A DNA stretch of 64,000 nt from an uncultured Oscillospiraceae bacterium. GTDB lineage: Bacteria > Bacillota > Clostridia > Oscillospirales > Oscillospiraceae. The notes beneath the pieces were generated by a model, which worked only from the letters and a program-made list of their open reading frames with translations, did not search any database and was not told the DNA's origin. Each line of letters starts with the position of its first letter. Position 1 is the stretch's first letter. The position numbers were made by a program, and so were the translations under genes. Positions 24,684-34,506 of the stretch are shown in pieces. The stretch covers positions 114,770 through 178,769 of the forward strand of contig CAUEFI010000004.1 of assembly GCA_958477305.1 (NCBI GenBank). Direction: 5' to 3'.

Positions 24684-25298
24684 TTATTTCTTTTCCCCGG
24701 CGCCGGGCCCCACATAAGCGCCCAGCTCCGAGCGGCGGAAGGGATTGACATACTTGCCGTAGTCCCGTTCAAAGTCTTCCGGGTACTCCAGGGTCTTATC
24801 CAGATAGCGCTTTTCATCCCAGTTGTTGTGCTCTCCCGAGACCATAACCACAATCTCCAGAAAGGGCCGGTCCGCCCGGGTGTAAAAATTCGGATTATGC
24901 CAGACCCCGCCCGGGATATATACGACGGTGGGCTTGTCTATCACAAATAACTCCTCGTCATCCCCGCGGCCGAGCCAGAATTTGACTTCACCGCCCAGCT
25001 CGAAGGGGTGCTCGGGGTCGGTGCCGTGGAAGATAAAGATTTCGTCGGAGTCGTGTCTGTGACGGGAAGCCACATGTTTCTCCACACTGCCGTCGGGCAG
25101 ATTGCGCTCCCAGTAGTCGCCGGCGCCCATCCCTGCGCCGGGAGCGTGGACAATGCAGGTGTGCATCCAGACTTTCGTCTTTTCATAGCAGCGGGCGTCC
25201 CACTCCAGAACGGGTTCAGCCTTGCCCTGAAAAAACGGGCGCACAATGCCCGGGTCTCTGATTTCTACCACCAGATCCTGATACTTTTTTTCACGCAT
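24684..25298 (-). CDS. cupin-domain protein
   Basis: Cupin motifs HRHDSDEIFIFHG and PGGVWHNPN. ATG 25296-25298 follows a GGAGGGA RBS; the longer ORF-track start is probably spurious. Confidence 0.5.
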   Translation of the reverse strand: MREKKYQDLVVEIRDPGIVRPFFQGKAEPVLEWDARCYEKTKVWMHTCIVHAPGAGMGAGDYWERNLPDGSVEKHVASRHRHDSDEIFIFHGTDPEHPFELGGEVKFWLGRGDDEELFVIDKPTVVYIPGGVWHNPNFYTRADRPFLEIVVMVSGEHNNWDEKRYLDKTLEYPEDFERDYGKYVNPFRRSELGAYVGPGAGEKK

Positions 25299-25528
25299 AA
25301 AAATCCCTCCTCTTACGAAGCCGGCAGACTCTGGCCGTGCCGTACTCCTGTCTGTTACAGCATACCATCCCCCGGAAGCAAGGCACAACGGCCCCAGGAT
25401 ACGAAAAAGGGCTTGGGGGCGGAAATATATATGGCATCTGAGTACAAAGGCGCTGGCACAGGGCAAAAAATATTGTGCGAGTTATATAGTGGCGTGCGTG
25501 CAAAAAATGAAAGAGAACTGGAAACCTA

Positions 25529-25558
25529 TTTGACTGTTTTCCCCATATGGGATATAAT
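25529..25558 (+). promoter_or_regulatory. sigma-A-type promoter TTGACT-N18-TATAAT upstream of the alr-like gene
   Basis: tatttgactgttttccccatatgggatataat. Confidence 0.5.
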
Positions 25559-25595
25559 TCTAATAACTGCACATAGAGAGAAAGGGGGAGCGGTC

Positions 25596-26693
25596 ATGAA
25601 GACGCTGGTGCTCGACCGGCAGTCCCTGAAGAATAACATTTCGGTTATCCGGGAAAAGGCCGGACCGGCGGCTATCTATGCCGTGCTCACCGGGGACGGC
25701 TTTGGAACCGGAGCGGTGGAATTGGCCAGGATTCTCCGGGAGGAGGGCATCGGAAGGTTTGCTGTCTCCGAGGTCAGTGAGGCCGCAGCGCTGCGCAAGG
25801 CGGGATTTACCGACGAGGAAATTCTCATGCTCCGCTCTACGACCGATCGGGAGGAACTTGAAAAACTGATCGATCTGAACGTGGTATGCACCGTGGGATC
25901 GGCCGAGACCGGCATGGCGCTCAACGGCGTGGCGGAGGCCCGATCCACTGTGGCGGAAGCCCATATCCAGGTGGACACCGGGATGGGTTTCGGCGGCTTC
26001 CTCACTGGGGAGCCGGACAAGATTCTGTCCGTGTACCGGAACCTGCCTAATGTGGCCATTTCCGGAATTTACACCCAGATTCACTCGTCCCGGGCCGACG
26101 GGCGGGACGCCCAGGTGCAGATGGAGCAGTTTCACCAGGTTGTGGAGGCTGTCCGGGCCGCAGGATTTGAGACCGGTACTGTCCACGCCGCCGGATCCTA
26201 TGCTCTGATGCATTACGAGTTTGCCCGGCTGGACGCAGTGCGCGCCGGTTCCGCCCTTCTGGGCCGCTGCCGCCGCACACGGAACGACGGGCTTCAGAAG
26301 GTGGGCTACGGAGAGGCGGGCATTGAGGAGATCCGCTGGCTTCCCAAGGATCACACGGTGGGCAACGAAGTGCTGGTGACGCTGAAAAAGCCCACCCGGA
26401 TTGCCGTCCTTCCTGTGGGGTATCAAAATGGCTTTGGCGTCTCCCGCAGCCGGGAGGCCGGGCTGTGGGCCCTGATCCGCCGCTGGTGGAGGGGTAAACG
26501 GCTCTATGTCCGCATCGGCGGACAGAAGGCGCGTATTGTGGGACGTATCGGGGCCATTGAGACCCTGGTGGACGTGACCGATTTGAAGTGTACTGCCGGG
26601 GATACGGCAGTCTTTGACTTAGATCCCCTGTACGCCAGGGGCTTTGTTCGCGCTTACCGCGATCGCCCCGCCAGTGAGGAGGAATATCTTTGA
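25596..26693 (+). CDS. alanine racemase-family protein (PLP-lysine position occupied by Thr)
   Basis: The sequence is collinear with Alr (HIQVDTGMGFGGF, VRAG, VLPVGYQNGF, IVGRIGAIETLVDVTD). The AVVKANAYGHG block reads AVLTGDGFGTG. Start ATG 25596 follows GGGGGAG. Confidence 0.65.
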   Translation: MKTLVLDRQSLKNNISVIREKAGPAAIYAVLTGDGFGTGAVELARILREEGIGRFAVSEVSEAAALRKAGFTDEEILMLRSTTDREELEKLIDLNVVCTVGSAETGMALNGVAEARSTVAEAHIQVDTGMGFGGFLTGEPDKILSVYRNLPNVAISGIYTQIHSSRADGRDAQVQMEQFHQVVEAVRAAGFETGTVHAAGSYALMHYEFARLDAVRAGSALLGRCRRTRNDGLQKVGYGEAGIEEIRWLPKDHTVGNEVLVTLKKPTRIAVLPVGYQNGFGVSRSREAGLWALIRRWWRGKRLYVRIGGQKARIVGRIGAIETLVDVTDLKCTAGDTAVFDLDPLYARGFVRAYRDRPASEEEYL

Positions 26694-27133
26694 GAGCTGT
26701 CGTCACCAAGGTGAAGCAGGCTTCCGTGGAGATTGGAGGCAGGGTCAACGGGCAGATTGGCCGGGGATTCCTGGTGCTGCTGGGCGTGGGCTGCGGCGAT
26801 ACGGAGGCGCAGGCCGCAAAGATGGCGGATAAGGTCTGCGGCCTGCGGGTCTTTGAAGATGAGAATGAGAAAATGAACCTGAACCTGGAGGCTGTGGGCG
26901 GAAGCCTGCTGGTTGTCTCCCAGTTTACTCTCTATGCCGATACCAAAAGCAGACGGCCCGGATTTACCGGCGCTGCCAGACCCGATGTGGCCATTCCCCT
27001 CTACGAGGCGTTCATGGAGGCGTGCCGGAAGCGTGGCTTCCAGGTGGAGCACGGGGAGTTTGGGGCCGATATGCAGGTCTTCTCCCAGAACGACGGACCG
27101 GTGACCATTCTGCTGGATACAGACAGAATGTAG
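26690..27133 (+). CDS. dtd: D-aminoacyl-tRNA deacylase
   Basis: MRAVVTKV...LVLLGV...SQFTLYADTKSRRPGF is typical of Dtd. The TTG start overlaps the alr stop (TTGA) and has a GAGGAGG RBS. Confidence 0.85.
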   Translation: MRAVVTKVKQASVEIGGRVNGQIGRGFLVLLGVGCGDTEAQAAKMADKVCGLRVFEDENEKMNLNLEAVGGSLLVVSQFTLYADTKSRRPGFTGAARPDVAIPLYEAFMEACRKRGFQVEHGEFGADMQVFSQNDGPVTILLDTDRM

Positions 27134-27206
27134 ACGCCGTCCCGCAGCTGCGGATTAACCCGCCGCACGGCAAGGCACCCGGAGGGCGCAGCCCTCCCCC
27201 AAATAA

Positions 27207-27830
27207 ATGTACGAGGTAATGACGATGATCATCAAAACCCTGGAAGTCCCACCAATCGGGACAAACTGCTATATTCTGGAGGACAATGACACCAAGTCCG
27301 CCGCCATCATTGACCCCGGCGGAGCGCCCGAGGCCATTCTGGAGCGGGTGAAGGGAGACGGCGTGGAGGTCAAGATGATCCTGCTGACGCATGGACATTA
27401 CGACCATACCGGCGCGGTAAAGGCTCTGCGCACCCAGTTCCCGGGGATTCCCGTCTACCTCCACCCTGCCGACGCCGCTCTGATGGGGGAACAGATTATG
27501 CCGGACGTGGGGGGGACGCAGCCCTACCAGGAGGGGGATGTGATCCGGCTGGGCACACTGGAGATCTCTGTCCTGCATACACCCGGGCACACCCCCGGCG
27601 GGGTGTGCCTCAAGGTGGGGGACACGATTTTTACGGGCGACACCCTGTTTCAGGGATCCATGGGCCGCACCGACCTGCCCGGAGGCGACTATGAGCAGAT
27701 TATGGAGTCTCTGAAGCGCCTGGATGGCCTGAACGGTAACTTCCAGGTTCTTCCCGGCCATATGGGGGCCACCACGCTCAACCGGGAGCGGACGGGCAAC
27801 TACTATATGCGGGAAGCCGCCAACAGCTGA
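27207..27830 (+). CDS. MBL-fold metallo-hydrolase
   Basis: LLTHGHYDHTG motif. An alternative start at ATG 27225 is possible. Confidence 0.75.
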   Translation: MYEVMTMIIKTLEVPPIGTNCYILEDNDTKSAAIIDPGGAPEAILERVKGDGVEVKMILLTHGHYDHTGAVKALRTQFPGIPVYLHPADAALMGEQIMPDVGGTQPYQEGDVIRLGTLEISVLHTPGHTPGGVCLKVGDTIFTGDTLFQGSMGRTDLPGGDYEQIMESLKRLDGLNGNFQVLPGHMGATTLNRERTGNYYMREAANS

Positions 27831-27831
27831 C

Positions 27832-29313
27832 ATGCGGCTGATCTTCAAGGGACACGACTATAAGTACGCGGCGGAACAAATGCTGTTGACGCTGTTCCCG
27901 GGAGAGCGCCCGGTCTATGAAGGCGGGGACGGCAGTACGGTTACGCTGGCGATTTCCCGGGGAAAGACCTGGCTTACCGCGACGGCAGTGCTGGACTGGG
28001 CGGGGAAACGCTGCCGCGCCTCAGCCCGGGCTGAGGCCGCGCAGCTGAACGGAGAGCCCTTGAACGACGACCGGGTGAGGCAGAGGATTCTGAAGCTGGC
28101 GTTCTATCGGGCGGGTACTGCGGCGCTGGGCAGAGAACCTCCCTGGGGGGCCATGACCGGGGTGCGGCCTGTCAAGATCCCAGCCAAAGCGATGGTGCAT
28201 GGGGCAACTGAGGCGGAAGCGGAGGCCGTCCTGCGGGAGGTTTACCGGGTCTCTCCGTCGAGGAGGCGGCTGGCCATGGACTGTGCCAAGGCCAGCTTGG
28301 CGGCCCGGGCCAGTCTGAAGCGCAATGAGATCTCCCTCTATATCGGCATTCCTTTCTGTCCCACTCGCTGCGCCTACTGCTCTTTTGTGTCGGCCGACGT
28401 GGGGCGGAGCTTGAAGCTGGTGGAGCCCTTTTTGGAGCTGCTCTGCCGCGAGATTGCGGATGCCGGGATTGTCCTGCGGAGGCTGGGCCTCTCGGTGCGG
28501 ACGGTATATATAGGGGGTGGAACGCCCACTACGCTGACTGCCGCCCAGCTCTCCGACCTGCTGGAGCAGCTGGAGCGATATGTGGACCTCTCCCAGTGCT
28601 CCGAGTTTACGGTGGAGGCCGGACGTCCTGACACGATTACAGCCGAAAAGCTCTGCGCCCTGCGCGCCCACGGAGTGGACCGGGTGTCGGTGAACCCCCA
28701 GTCCATGAGCGACGCGGTTTTGGCCGCCATGGGCCGTGCCCACACGGCGGGGGACGTCCTGCGGGCATGGGAGTTGGTGTGTGCGGCGGGGTTTTCCTGC
28801 GTCAATATGGACCTCATTGCCGGCCTCCCCGCCGATACGGCGTCGGGCTTCCGTGCCTCCCTGGATCAGGTGATGTCCCTGGGCCCGGAGAATATTACCG
28901 TCCACACGCTGGCGCTCAAAAAGGGTTCCCGGCTGATGCTGGAAGGCGGCGCGCTCCCTGCCGGGGAGGAGGTCCATGCCATGCTGGACTATGCATGGGA
29001 GACACTGGGTGACGGCGGATATGTTCCCTACTACCTTTACCGGCAGAAGTATATGTCGGGCTCCTTTGAGAATGTAGGCTGGTCCCGCCCCGGCTTTGAG
29101 AACCTCTATAACCTGTGCATGATGGAAGAACTCCACTCTGTGCTCGCGCTGGGGGGCGGAGGCGTGACCAAGCTGGTGGATGCCCGGGGAGGACGGATTG
29201 TGCGCATCGCCAACCCCAAATATCCATACGAATATCTGAACAGCGGCGAAAAGCTGGATGCAAAGTGGGATAAAATGACGGCCTTTCAGGCCGAAGTCGG
29301 AAAGGAGCGCTGA
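27832..29313 (+). CDS. radical SAM protein, HemN/HemZ-like (coproporphyrinogen dehydrogenase family) with ~170-aa N-terminal extension
   Basis: CPTRCAYCSF radical-SAM cysteine motif, 493 aa. Confidence 0.65.
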   Translation: MRLIFKGHDYKYAAEQMLLTLFPGERPVYEGGDGSTVTLAISRGKTWLTATAVLDWAGKRCRASARAEAAQLNGEPLNDDRVRQRILKLAFYRAGTAALGREPPWGAMTGVRPVKIPAKAMVHGATEAEAEAVLREVYRVSPSRRRLAMDCAKASLAARASLKRNEISLYIGIPFCPTRCAYCSFVSADVGRSLKLVEPFLELLCREIADAGIVLRRLGLSVRTVYIGGGTPTTLTAAQLSDLLEQLERYVDLSQCSEFTVEAGRPDTITAEKLCALRAHGVDRVSVNPQSMSDAVLAAMGRAHTAGDVLRAWELVCAAGFSCVNMDLIAGLPADTASGFRASLDQVMSLGPENITVHTLALKKGSRLMLEGGALPAGEEVHAMLDYAWETLGDGGYVPYYLYRQKYMSGSFENVGWSRPGFENLYNLCMMEELHSVLALGGGGVTKLVDARGGRIVRIANPKYPYEYLNSGEKLDAKWDKMTAFQAEVGKER

Positions 29314-29314
29314 T

Positions 29315-30262
29315 ATGGCCTACCAGCTGCAGGAGATTAACGACCGGCTGAGAGCCGATGCCAAAGGCTTTGTGGAGGAGTGCGAACATAATTACCAGCG
29401 CCGTATTGAGGCGGCGGCCGACCGCATTGTGGCCAATATGGACAAGAGCCCCATCGTTCTGCTGTCCGGCCCCTCCGGGTCGGGCAAGACCACCACTGCG
29501 CTCAAGCTGGAGGAAGAGCTGGAGCGGAGGGGGATTAACTCCCACACCATCTCCATGGACAACTACTTTAAAACACTGAACCGGAGCACGGCTCCCCGCA
29601 CCCCGGAGGGAGATGTGGACTATGAGTCCCCCCTCCTGCTGGACATGGAGCTCCTGGATGAGACCTTTACCAAGCTCTCCAGGGGAGAGTGGGTGATCGT
29701 GCCCAAGTTCGAGTTTGCACGGCAGATGCGCAACGACAGCCAGGGCTCAACGCTGAAGCTGGAGAAAAATGAAATTGCCATCTTTGAAGGGATCCATGCG
29801 CTCAATGACGATATCGTCGGCCGCCACCCGGAGGCCGCCACCCTCTATATCTCGGCTCGGTCCGATGTGCTGGAGGGTGAGGCGGTCCGCTTCAAGGGCA
29901 CATGGATGCGCATTACCCGCCGGGCGGTACGGGATTACAACTTCAGGGGGACGGATCTGACCGATACCCTATGTATGTGGTATAACGTGCGCCGGGGTGA
30001 GAAACGCTATATTTCTCCCTTCAAAGGCAGGGCCAACATTGTCGTAGATTCCTCTCTGCGGTATGAGCCTGCGCTTTTCAAAAACTATGCCCTCCCCCTG
30101 CGGGAGGCACTGCGGGACGTGCCGGACGAGAATCCGCGCCGGGCCGAGCTGGAACGACTGACGGCCGCCTTTGACTGCTTCGAGCTGCTCGACCTCAATC
30201 TTGTGCCCTCCAACTCCCTGCTGCGGGAGTTTATCGGTGGAGGCTCATACCACTATAAATAA
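29315..30262 (+). CDS. P-loop nucleoside kinase-family protein (uridine kinase-like)
   Basis: Walker A LLSGPSGSGKTTTA. Confidence 0.55.
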   Translation: MAYQLQEINDRLRADAKGFVEECEHNYQRRIEAAADRIVANMDKSPIVLLSGPSGSGKTTTALKLEEELERRGINSHTISMDNYFKTLNRSTAPRTPEGDVDYESPLLLDMELLDETFTKLSRGEWVIVPKFEFARQMRNDSQGSTLKLEKNEIAIFEGIHALNDDIVGRHPEAATLYISARSDVLEGEAVRFKGTWMRITRRAVRDYNFRGTDLTDTLCMWYNVRRGEKRYISPFKGRANIVVDSSLRYEPALFKNYALPLREALRDVPDENPRRAELERLTAAFDCFELLDLNLVPSNSLLREFIGGGSYHYK

Positions 30263-30294
30263 GCTCAAACGGAGCGAAAAGGAGATCTTGCAAT

Positions 30295-31122
30295 ATGTCA
30301 GACTGCACCCATGAGTGCTCCTCCTGCGGAGAAAGCTGCGGGGAGCGCACGGAGCCCCAGGATCTGAGGGCCCCGCTGAATGAACTGTCCTCCATTAAAA
30401 AGGTCATCGCTGTTATGAGCGGCAAGGGGGGCGTGGGCAAGAGCTTGGTAACCGCATCTCTGGCCTGCGCGATGAAGGGTATGGGCAAGCGGGTCGGTGT
30501 TCTGGACGCCGACATCACTGGACCCTCTATCCCCCAGGCATTCGGTGTTCACACCAAGGCAGAGGGCTCGGAGCTTGGTATCTATCCCGCTAACTCCAAG
30601 GGCGGGGTGGAGATTATGAGCCTCAACCTCCTTACAGAGCATGAGACCGACCCGGTGGTCTGGCGGGGGCCCGTCATCGCTGGGGTCGTGAAGCAGTTTT
30701 GGACCGATGTGATATGGGGCGATCTGGACTACCTCTTCGTGGATATGCCGCCGGGAACCGGAGACGTACCCCTCACCGTTTTTCAGTCTCTGCCGGTGGA
30801 TGGCATTGTGGTGGTTACCTCCCCGCAGGATCTGGTGTCCATGATTGTCACCAAGGCGGTTAAAATGGCCGGGCTGCTGAATGTGCCCATCCTGGGCCTG
30901 GTAGAGAACTACAGCTATTTCAAGTGCCCTGACTGCGGGAAGGAGCACGCCATTTTTGGAGAGAGCCGCGTGGATCAGGTGGCCGGTGAACTGGGCCTGA
31001 AGGTCCTGGCCCGTCTGCCCATCGATCCCGCTGTTGCCGCCGCCTGCGATGCAGGAGAAATTGAAAGTCTGAAGCCCAACTATCTGGAGGGCGTAGCCCA
31101 TCTAATAATTGATGGGGAGTAA
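30295..31122 (+). CDS. Mrp/NBP35 family Fe-S cluster carrier ATPase (ApbC)
   Basis: An N-terminal Cys cluster with MSGKGGVGKS and CPDCG motifs. Confidence 0.85.
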   Translation: MSDCTHECSSCGESCGERTEPQDLRAPLNELSSIKKVIAVMSGKGGVGKSLVTASLACAMKGMGKRVGVLDADITGPSIPQAFGVHTKAEGSELGIYPANSKGGVEIMSLNLLTEHETDPVVWRGPVIAGVVKQFWTDVIWGDLDYLFVDMPPGTGDVPLTVFQSLPVDGIVVVTSPQDLVSMIVTKAVKMAGLLNVPILGLVENYSYFKCPDCGKEHAIFGESRVDQVAGELGLKVLARLPIDPAVAAACDAGEIESLKPNYLEGVAHLIIDGE

Positions 31123-31129
31123 AACCGGG

Positions 31130-31170
31130 AACGCCCGGGCCGAAATTGCCGGCCCGGGCGCTTTTTACAG
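31130..31170 (+). terminator. rho-independent terminator
   Basis: cgcccgggccg...cggcccgggcg followed by cttttt. Confidence 0.6.
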
Positions 31171-31250
31171 CAGGACAAATTTTAATGCCTTGTATGGTAA
31201 CTTTTCCGGCCGCTGGGGGGTCTAACCAATGGAGGGGGCAGTGGGGACCC

Positions 31251-31748
31251 ATGGAGAAAAAACAATTGTTTGAAACCTTTGAGCACTTCCTGGATCAGAA
31301 TCTTGATTACGCATACCGGTATGCTTTTACCTATATGAAGAACCAGCAGGACGCGGAGGATGTGGTGAGCGACAGTGTGGAAAAGGCGCTGCGGGCGTTG
31401 ACCTCCCTGCGAGATCCGGCGCTGATGAAGACTTGGTTTCTGCGCATTGTCATCAATACCGCAAAGAACCACCTGCAAAGGCGCGCCCGGGTACTTCCTG
31501 TGGAGGACGATCTGCTGGAGGAGCTGGCAGGTCCGGAGGAGCCCCCTCCAGATCTGGACCTGGATCAGATCCTCAGCGTACTGACCCCTGACGAGCGGGT
31601 TATCATCGTGCTCCGGTTTTATGAGGAGTATAAAATCCGGGAGATAGCCGAGATGCTCGGACTGCATGAGAGTACAGTGAAAAAGAGGCTCTACCGCGCC
31701 CTGCGCATATTAAAGACCAGATGGGAGGAGACCATATGCGACGACTAA
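31251..31748 (+). CDS. ECF-type RNA polymerase sigma factor
   Basis: Sigma-70 region 2 (DAEDVVSD) and region 4 (REIAEMLGLHESTVKKRLYRAL). Confidence 0.8.
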   Translation: MEKKQLFETFEHFLDQNLDYAYRYAFTYMKNQQDAEDVVSDSVEKALRALTSLRDPALMKTWFLRIVINTAKNHLQRRARVLPVEDDLLEELAGPEEPPPDLDLDQILSVLTPDERVIIVLRFYEEYKIREIAEMLGLHESTVKKRLYRALRILKTRWEETICDD

Positions 31749-32593
31749 AAACACAATTGGATGGAATCCATGCCAGCGATACATTGAGAGCACGGGTGCG
31801 CCGCATCGTCAAGAAGAGAAGGTACGGCGCCGTTTCCAGACGGCTGGGCTTTACAGCGGCGGCCGCCGCCGTGGTATGTGTAGTTTCGCTGAACTTTGCG
31901 CCCACAGTGGCGGCGGCCGCTTATGAGGTGCCGGTGCTTGGGGCCGTGGCCCGGGTGGTGACCCTGAACCGCTTTGCCTATCAGGACGGCGGATATGAGG
32001 TCAGCGTCAATGTCCCTAAGATTGAGGGGCTGCTGAGTCCTGAACTGGAGGCTGAGATCAATCAGGACTTTCAGGATCAGGCTGACGCAGTGATTGCGGC
32101 CTTTGAAACGGATATGAGGGAACTCAAGGCGGAGTTCGGCGAGGAGACGGTCCACTACGGCCTCCGATCCGACTACGAGGTCAAGACGGACACCCAAGAT
32201 ATTCTGGTTATTGACAATTACCTGTATTTCGCATCCGGATCATCCAGTACGGTCCACTCTTTTTACACCATTGACAAGCGCAGCGGCGCGCTTCTGACGC
32301 TCAAGGGGCTGTTTCAGGAGGATGCCGACTATGTAGGCGTTCTCAGCAGCTATATCCAACAGGAGATGGAGCGCCGCAACCGTGAGGAGGACGGCATGTT
32401 CTGGGTGGGACAGGATGAAGTGGAAAACTTTGAGCGGATAAGCGAGGACCAGAACTTTTATCTTAACAGCGACAATCAGTTGGTAATCTGCTTCGACAAA
32501 TACGAAGTAGCCGCAGGCGCTCAGGGCAGCCCTGAATTTGTTATTCCTACTGATGTGATTGCCGATATTGCGGCCTTTGATCTGCTGAAATAG
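31736..32593 (+). CDS. anti-sigma factor, single TM, RsiV-like extracellular domain
   Basis: The start overlaps the sigma-factor stop and follows a GGGAGGAG RBS. It has a TM segment (AAAAAVVCVVSLNF) and an extracytoplasmic domain. Confidence 0.5.
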   Translation: MRRLKTQLDGIHASDTLRARVRRIVKKRRYGAVSRRLGFTAAAAAVVCVVSLNFAPTVAAAAYEVPVLGAVARVVTLNRFAYQDGGYEVSVNVPKIEGLLSPELEAEINQDFQDQADAVIAAFETDMRELKAEFGEETVHYGLRSDYEVKTDTQDILVIDNYLYFASGSSSTVHSFYTIDKRSGALLTLKGLFQEDADYVGVLSSYIQQEMERRNREEDGMFWVGQDEVENFERISEDQNFYLNSDNQLVICFDKYEVAAGAQGSPEFVIPTDVIADIAAFDLLK

Positions 32594-32678
32594 GCACAAA
32601 AGGACGGCGAGGGAGCGGATGTTTCCGCCCCCTCGCCATTTATATTTTACCCTGCGACATAGGCCGAATGGAGTGTTT

Positions 32679-33035
32679 TTACACCTTGCGCAACAGTTCC
32701 TCTACCTGCACGCTGGCGGTTACTGCGAAAACTTCTGTGGAGCCATTCATCTCCTGCTTCAGCTCCTCGGCCTCCCTGTCATGCTTCTTGTTAATGAAGT
32801 AGACAAACACATTGATAGAAACGATGACAAGGTTAATGATGTATACGACCAGAACATAATTGATTCTATGGTTGAGAAGCTTGGCCGTAATCCCCGCCAC
32901 ATAACCAACAATAATCAAAAGGATGAATTGCAGGCTCATGGACTTGGCGGTCCGGGCCTTGATATTCTTATATACGTTCAGGGGCCAGGACAGGCCAAAA
33001 CAGATGAGCATTGCGGTCTCCAGGATCTCCGCCAT
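32679..33035 (-). CDS. small 3-TM membrane protein (PQ-loop/SemiSWEET-like?)
   Basis: 118 aa and hydrophobic, with an SWPLNVYKNIK segment. Confidence 0.3.
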   Translation of the reverse strand: MAEILETAMLICFGLSWPLNVYKNIKARTAKSMSLQFILLIIVGYVAGITAKLLNHRINYVLVVYIINLVIVSINVFVYFINKKHDREAEELKQEMNGSTEVFAVTASVQVEELLRKV

Positions 33036-33185
33036 AATTCAAATCATCTCCATCAATTTCGTTCTTTGTTCTTCCTAAGCGTAGCTTATTATACAATTGA
33101 CTTTTGATAATTTCTAATATATCATGATTATTGTTTCAATAACTTATACATTATTGGTTGGTGAATACTTGTGGAGATCACACAA

Positions 33186-34052
33186 ATGAAATACTTCCTG
33201 GAGGTGGCGGCCTCACAGCATGTAACAAGAAGTGCAGAGAAGCTGCATATAGCACAGCCGGCATTGACACAGGCCATTCACCGGCTGGAGAAGGAGCTGA
33301 ACGTCCCGCTGTTTGTCTCCAGGGGCAGAAATATTGTGCTGACAGAGTATGGGAAATTCCTTCAAAAGAAGCTGACACCGCTGTTGGAGGAGCTGGATGA
33401 GATTCCAGAGCAGCTCAAGATAATGGCCCGGCTGGAAACGGATACGATTCATCTCAACGTCTTGGCGGCCTCCACCCATGTTATTGACGCCATTATCGAA
33501 TATAAAAAGACGCACACAGACATCCACTTCCAGCTGCTCCAAAACGCGGAGAGTGAGCTCTTTGACATCGGGATTACAACCAGTATGGGTTACCAGCCGC
33601 CGGCAGACAGCCGCAATGAATTTGTGTGCACAGAGAAGATCTTTCTGGCGGTGCCGGAGGGCGGCAGATACGAGGGGCTGAAGTCTATCCGCCTCTCTGA
33701 CGTCACAGACGAGAGCTTTATCAGCCTGATGGGGTCCAAGCAGTTTCGATGGATTTGCGACAGATTCTGCCAGGAGGAGGGCTTTCAGCCCAAAGTTGTC
33801 TTTGAAAGCGACAGCCCCGCAGCGGTAAAGAACATGATTGCCAACAACATGGGGATCGGCTTCTGGCCGCGTTTTACCTGGGGCAGCGTGGACAGCAGGG
33901 GAATGAAGCTGCTGGAGATCGAAGGGGTGCGCTGCCAGCGGGATATCGTGTTTGTGATGCGGAAGAACAAGCAGGACAACCGGTATGTGGAGGAATTTTT
34001 TCAATTTCTCCACGACTATACCTGGCGGATTATAACGGCGGAGTGGACATAA
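33186..34052 (+). CDS. LysR-family transcriptional regulator
   Basis: N-terminal HTH MKYFLEVAASQHVTRSAEKLHIAQPALTQAIHRLEKEL. Confidence 0.8.
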   Translation: MKYFLEVAASQHVTRSAEKLHIAQPALTQAIHRLEKELNVPLFVSRGRNIVLTEYGKFLQKKLTPLLEELDEIPEQLKIMARLETDTIHLNVLAASTHVIDAIIEYKKTHTDIHFQLLQNAESELFDIGITTSMGYQPPADSRNEFVCTEKIFLAVPEGGRYEGLKSIRLSDVTDESFISLMGSKQFRWICDRFCQEEGFQPKVVFESDSPAAVKNMIANNMGIGFWPRFTWGSVDSRGMKLLEIEGVRCQRDIVFVMRKNKQDNRYVEEFFQFLHDYTWRIITAEWT

Positions 34053-34055
34053 GGG

Positions 34056-34090
34056 CAGGGCGGGCTGCATTTGCAGCCCGCCCTGAAGAG
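34056..34090. terminator. bidirectional hairpin terminator
   Basis: gggcgggctgca tttg cagcccgccc. Confidence 0.55.
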
Positions 34091-34173
34091 CGTACACTAT
34101 GCAATCGGCTCCTATAGCAGGGAACACGCCTGTCCCGACTCCGGATTGCGGAAACGACAGACCGGATACCGGC

Positions 34174-34506
34174 TTATACGAACACGGCCTGAACCAGGAC
34201 CATATATAAAATCGTTCCGCCGAAGATGGAGAGCAGGTTGTTTTTTTTCCACAGGTGGAGGAGCACCACGGCGCCCACAGCGATCAGCTGCGGGGCCCAA
34301 CCGGCGGGGGCTGCAAAGCTGATGTCCCGGAGGCAGTAGATAATCAACATGGCGATGATGGCCGGCGGCAGGACCCGGCCCAGATAGAGCACGAGCTTGG
34401 GGGGAGATTCCCCCCTGTCAAAGAGCAGGAAGGGCAGGGCCCGTGTAAGGAAGGTCACGCCGGCCATGACGGCGATGGCCGCGGCGGCCTGTCCGGTGGT
34501 CAGCAT
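34174..34506 (-). CDS. azlD: branched-chain amino acid transport protein AzlD-like
   Basis: A ~110-aa hydrophobic protein whose start overlaps the upstream permease gene. Confidence 0.6.
   Translation of the reverse strand: MLTTGQAAAAIAVMAGVTFLTRALPFLLFDRGESPPKLVLYLGRVLPPAIIAMLIIYCLRDISFAAPAGWAPQLIAVGAVVLLHLWKKNNLLSIFGGTILYMVLVQAVFV

Noticed and set aside
25008-25595. Long 5' extension of the alr-like ORF (561-aa version)
   Set aside because: - It would run through the divergent promoter region and overlap the cupin gene.
- ATG 25596 with a GGGGGAG RBS matches the Alr N-terminus.
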